The notes below the pieces were generated by a model. The model searched no databases, had not been told where the DNA came from, and saw only the letters and a program-made list of their open reading frames with translations. Source: Candidatus Latescibacterota bacterium (GTDB lineage Bacteria; Latescibacterota; UBA2968; UBA8231). From it: a stretch of 64,000 bases of DNA. A program made the position numbers and the translations under genes. The stretch covers positions 1,728,001 through 1,792,000 of the forward strand of contig OZ244561.1 in NCBI GenBank assembly GCA_965217585.1, written 5' to 3'. Shown here in pieces: positions 61,121 through 64,000 of the stretch (positions within the stretch are counted from its first letter, which is position 1; each line of letters starts with the position of its first letter).

Positions 61121-62344
61121 CTAACCACCAGGCACCCAACCCAAAGCCGCAAAGTTCCTGCCGGTGAGACTCCGCATAAAGCGCGCCCGCTCGCGAGCGG
61201 CCTGTAGCTCCTCCCGCAGGTCCTCCGGCCGATGCACCCGGCCCCGGCGCACGGTCAATACCGGCTCGATTTTGCGATCGCCCTGCTCGCGCCGGCCGCG
61301 CACATCGCTAAACTCAAACGTCCCTTCCAGCACCTCAAACGCCGCCAGATCCGCCACCGTACCCTTCCGCAAGGTACCCAACTCCTCGCCGCGCCCGATG
61401 GCATTCGCGGCCGCGGCCGTGCTCTGCTGCACGACGCGTTCGAGCGGCACGCCCAGATTGAGCAGCTTCGACGCGGTCTCCGGCATACTCTCGATCGGGC
61501 TATCCCAGCTATGCGCGTGCAAATCAGTGCTGATCACGTCGGCGACAAAGCCGTCGGCCAGCGCCTGTATTGCGATCCCGTAGTCGAAACTGCCGCCGCC
61601 GTGCCCCACATCGAAGAGCACGCCCCGCTCCCGCGCGGCCCACACCTGCGGCACCACCGTCCCCGATTCGTCAACCACGCAGTCTCCCGTACCTTGATAA
61701 CAATGAGTGACTATATCACCGGGCCGCAGCAGGGCAAGCACCTCCACAATCGGCACCCCCCGAGCGATGTGTACCATCACTGGCACCCCCGCCCACTCGG
61801 CCGCCTGCACCGCCAACTGCAAGGGCTTGGTCCCATTCTCGCCAACTTGGAAACCGCCCTGCCGCACCTTGACGCCGACGCAGTGCTCCTGCCAGTGGTG
61901 GGCCACAAAAGCCGTGCGCTCTGGATCGCCGTACTGCAAATCGATCATCTCCCCCACCGGCCCACAAGTCAGGCCAATCGCCGAAATGTGCACGTACCCC
62001 AAAACCTGGGTCCGCGCTGGCTCAATGACATAATCGACAAATCCCTCGAAGTTCGCCCATCCCGCGCTTCCAGCATCGACGATTGTCGTCACACCCGTGG
62101 CCAAGCACAGCGCATCACCGCGGATGCCCCAAGTCGTGCATCCCGCGTAGAGGTGCGCGTGAATATCGATCCAACCCGGCGTCAGAATCTTGCCGGACAG
62201 ATCTATCGTCTCCGCTGCCGGAGCCGTTATCGTCTCGGCCACTGCGGCGATCTTCTCCCCGACGATCCCCACGTCGCGGATCCCATCCACGCCCTGCGCC
62301 GGGTCCATCACCCGCGCGCCCTTTAACAACAGATCGTAGGACAT
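61121..62344 (-). CDS. Dihydroorotase-like amidohydrolase/deacetylase
   Basis: DIHAH, GVKVR, VMVH, THC, DVGHG, ISTDLH. Confidence 0.88.
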   Translation of the reverse strand: MSYDLLLKGARVMDPAQGVDGIRDVGIVGEKIAAVAETITAPAAETIDLSGKILTPGWIDIHAHLYAGCTTWGIRGDALCLATGVTTIVDAGSAGWANFEGFVDYVIEPARTQVLGYVHISAIGLTCGPVGEMIDLQYGDPERTAFVAHHWQEHCVGVKVRQGGFQVGENGTKPLQLAVQAAEWAGVPVMVHIARGVPIVEVLALLRPGDIVTHCYQGTGDCVVDESGTVVPQVWAARERGVLFDVGHGGGSFDYGIAIQALADGFVADVISTDLHAHSWDSPIESMPETASKLLNLGVPLERVVQQSTAAAANAIGRGEELGTLRKGTVADLAAFEVLEGTFEFSDVRGRREQGDRKIEPVLTVRRGRVHRPEDLREELQAARERARFMRSLTGRNFAALGWVPGG

Positions 62345-62449
62345 TTCCCGTCCCTCCATTATCCTATTAAAAACCTCTGCGGCTTCTTGACACGACTAGG
62401 CCCAACCCCGTATATAATTCGCTTTTTTTACTCCAACCAGAGAGCTATC

Positions 62450-63448
62450 ATGGGAAACACTCCACCTGCCGAAGGCATCCGCGTCCCAGCCGCTGCCTTG
62501 CGCCAACTCACCGCCGACTTTTTCCAAAAAGCTGGCACTAATCCCACAGATGCCCAGCTCCTCGCCGACCTTTTGACTGCCACCGACCTGCGCGGCGTCA
62601 ATAGTCATGGTACCTGGCAGCTCCCCGGGTACGTGCATATGATGCTCGAAGGCCGCGTCAATCCCCGCCCTAATATAAAGGTGACCAGTTCAACCACCAC
62701 TGCCCGCGTCTATGACGGCGGTGGCGGCATGGGGCACTTTCCCTGCCACCAAGCCATGACTTGGGTAGCCGAGACGGCCGCGGCGTACGGCACGGCTGCG
62801 GCGACCACCCGCAACCACTTCCACTTTGGCAGCGCCGGCAAGTATTCGCGGATCGCCGCGGCGGCTGGCTGCGTGGGGATATCTATCTCCTCGCACCGCT
62901 ACGATCTGCCGTCGGAATCGCTAGTCAAAGGCGTCAACGCCACATCGCCGATCAGCATAGCCTTCCCCAACGGGGAGCAACCGCCCCTCGTACTCGACAT
63001 GGGCGCACACATGCTGCCCTGGGGCGAGGAACTCTTCGCGCAAATCCCCTTCGCCTTCTTCAAGGAGCTAGGCATCGGCGCGGTCAACCGGGCGCTGGGC
63101 GGCGTGCTGGCCGGGATATACTTGCCGCAATTTATCCCGCCGACATCGCCTTGGGAATCCAATCAAGGGGCCTTCCTCGCCGCCTTTGACGTGCGCGCTT
63201 TTATGCCTTTAGAAGAATTCCAAGCGCAGATGGACGCGTTCGTCGCCGCCGCGCGCAACATGCAGCCCTTTCCCGGCCTCGACCGCGCCGAGCTGCCCGG
63301 CAATCTGGAGTGGCAACGGGAGCACGAGTACACCCGCGACGGCGTTCCCATCGGCCCCCAACACCAGCAGAACCTTCAGGACCTAGCCGACGAACTGGGA
63401 GTAGCCACTCCCTTCGCCGCCTACGAACACACCCGCTTCACTGCCTAA
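62450..63448 (+). CDS. Ldh_2 (malate/L-lactate dehydrogenase-like) oxidoreductase
   Basis: DLRGVNSHG, DGGGGMG, NHFHFG, VLDM. Confidence 0.85.
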   Translation: MGNTPPAEGIRVPAAALRQLTADFFQKAGTNPTDAQLLADLLTATDLRGVNSHGTWQLPGYVHMMLEGRVNPRPNIKVTSSTTTARVYDGGGGMGHFPCHQAMTWVAETAAAYGTAAATTRNHFHFGSAGKYSRIAAAAGCVGISISSHRYDLPSESLVKGVNATSPISIAFPNGEQPPLVLDMGAHMLPWGEELFAQIPFAFFKELGIGAVNRALGGVLAGIYLPQFIPPTSPWESNQGAFLAAFDVRAFMPLEEFQAQMDAFVAAARNMQPFPGLDRAELPGNLEWQREHEYTRDGVPIGPQHQQNLQDLADELGVATPFAAYEHTRFTA

Positions 63449-63465
63449 TAGAAGAAGAGGAAGAG

Positions 63466-64000
63466 ATGACTCAACCCCGCATCCTGTCCAGCGTCGAGAT
63501 CGAGTTCCAAGACCAAAGCAAAGCCCGCGAGCTTATTGAACGCGCCGGCTTCGCCGTTGAGGTCCGGCACCCCCAACCCGGCTGGCTCGACGAGGAAACG
63601 CGCGCGAAGCTGGACGGCTTCGACGCCCTGCTGGCCGGTGGCGAAAACCTCAACGCCAACACCATGGACCAAGCAGACAACCTCAAAATCATCGCCCGCA
63701 ACGGCGTCGGCTTCGACAAGGTTGACCTCGATTACTGCACCCAGCGCGGCATCGTCGTCACCAATACCCCCGGCGCCATGGCCGACGCAGTGGCCGACCT
63801 GACCTTCGCCCTGCTCCTCGGGATGGTGCGCTCACTCAGATTAGGCGACCACCGAGTCAAAGCGGCAGACACCTACGACGTTCCCGTCGGCGAAGACCTC
63901 TGCGCCATGACCTTAGGGCTAGTCGGCTGTGGCCGCATCGGTGCCGAGGTCGTGCACCGCGCCCGCGGCTTCAAGATGCGAGTTCTCGTCCACGACCCCT
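63466..64000 (+). CDS. D-2-hydroxyacid/phosphoglycerate dehydrogenase-like (3'-truncated by window edge)
   Basis: Manual translation: LKIIARNGVGFDKVD, VTNTPG, LGLVGCGRIG. Confidence 0.88.
   Translation, partial: MTQPRILSSVEIEFQDQSKARELIERAGFAVEVRHPQPGWLDEETRAKLDGFDALLAGGENLNANTMDQADNLKIIARNGVGFDKVDLDYCTQRGIVVTNTPGAMADAVADLTFALLLGMVRSLRLGDHRVKAADTYDVPVGEDLCAMTLGLVGCGRIGAEVVHRARGFKMRVLVHDP

Noticed and set aside
62387-62418. Consensus TTGACA...TATAAT promoter for the Ldh_2 gene
   Set aside because: Spacer to TATAAT is 20 bp, too long to call with confidence.

Overview
GC-rich bacterial chromosome window. The gene content (several PhyH dioxygenases, a sulfatase, Gfo/Idh/MocA and SDR enzymes) resembles Latescibacterota/Gemmatimonadota-like sponge-associated lineages, but that assignment is inference only. 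The backbone carries guaB, a phnW-less phosphonate catabolic cluster, a selenocysteine-containing selD, katG, cnoX, aroG and many catabolic enzymes. Four accessory blocks interrupt it. (1) A ~3.4 kb low-GC set of four nucleic-acid-processing genes bounded by a diverged duplication of the 3' end of a K+ channel gene, with a repeated structured intergenic element. (2) A tnpB-only IS200/IS605 element with a frameshifted tnpB that appears to split a host start codon. (3) The top candidate for a new system: a ~14 kb island (25.3-39 kb) with three GHKL/MORC-like ATPases, a B12-radical SAM enzyme plus a motif-less paralog, a spore-photoproduct-lyase-like radical SAM, two methyltransferase-like proteins, a HerA-like ATPase and an RHH regulator. 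Two unrelated 'GHKL + MTase-like' cassettes sit in tandem between duplicated radical SAM gene 3' ends joined at a 10-bp microhomology, suggesting an exchangeable specificity module. (4) An AAA/DUF3696-type ATPase plus PIN-like gene pair fused in frame to a uxuA-like gene. All family calls are from motifs read by eye; no database searches were run.
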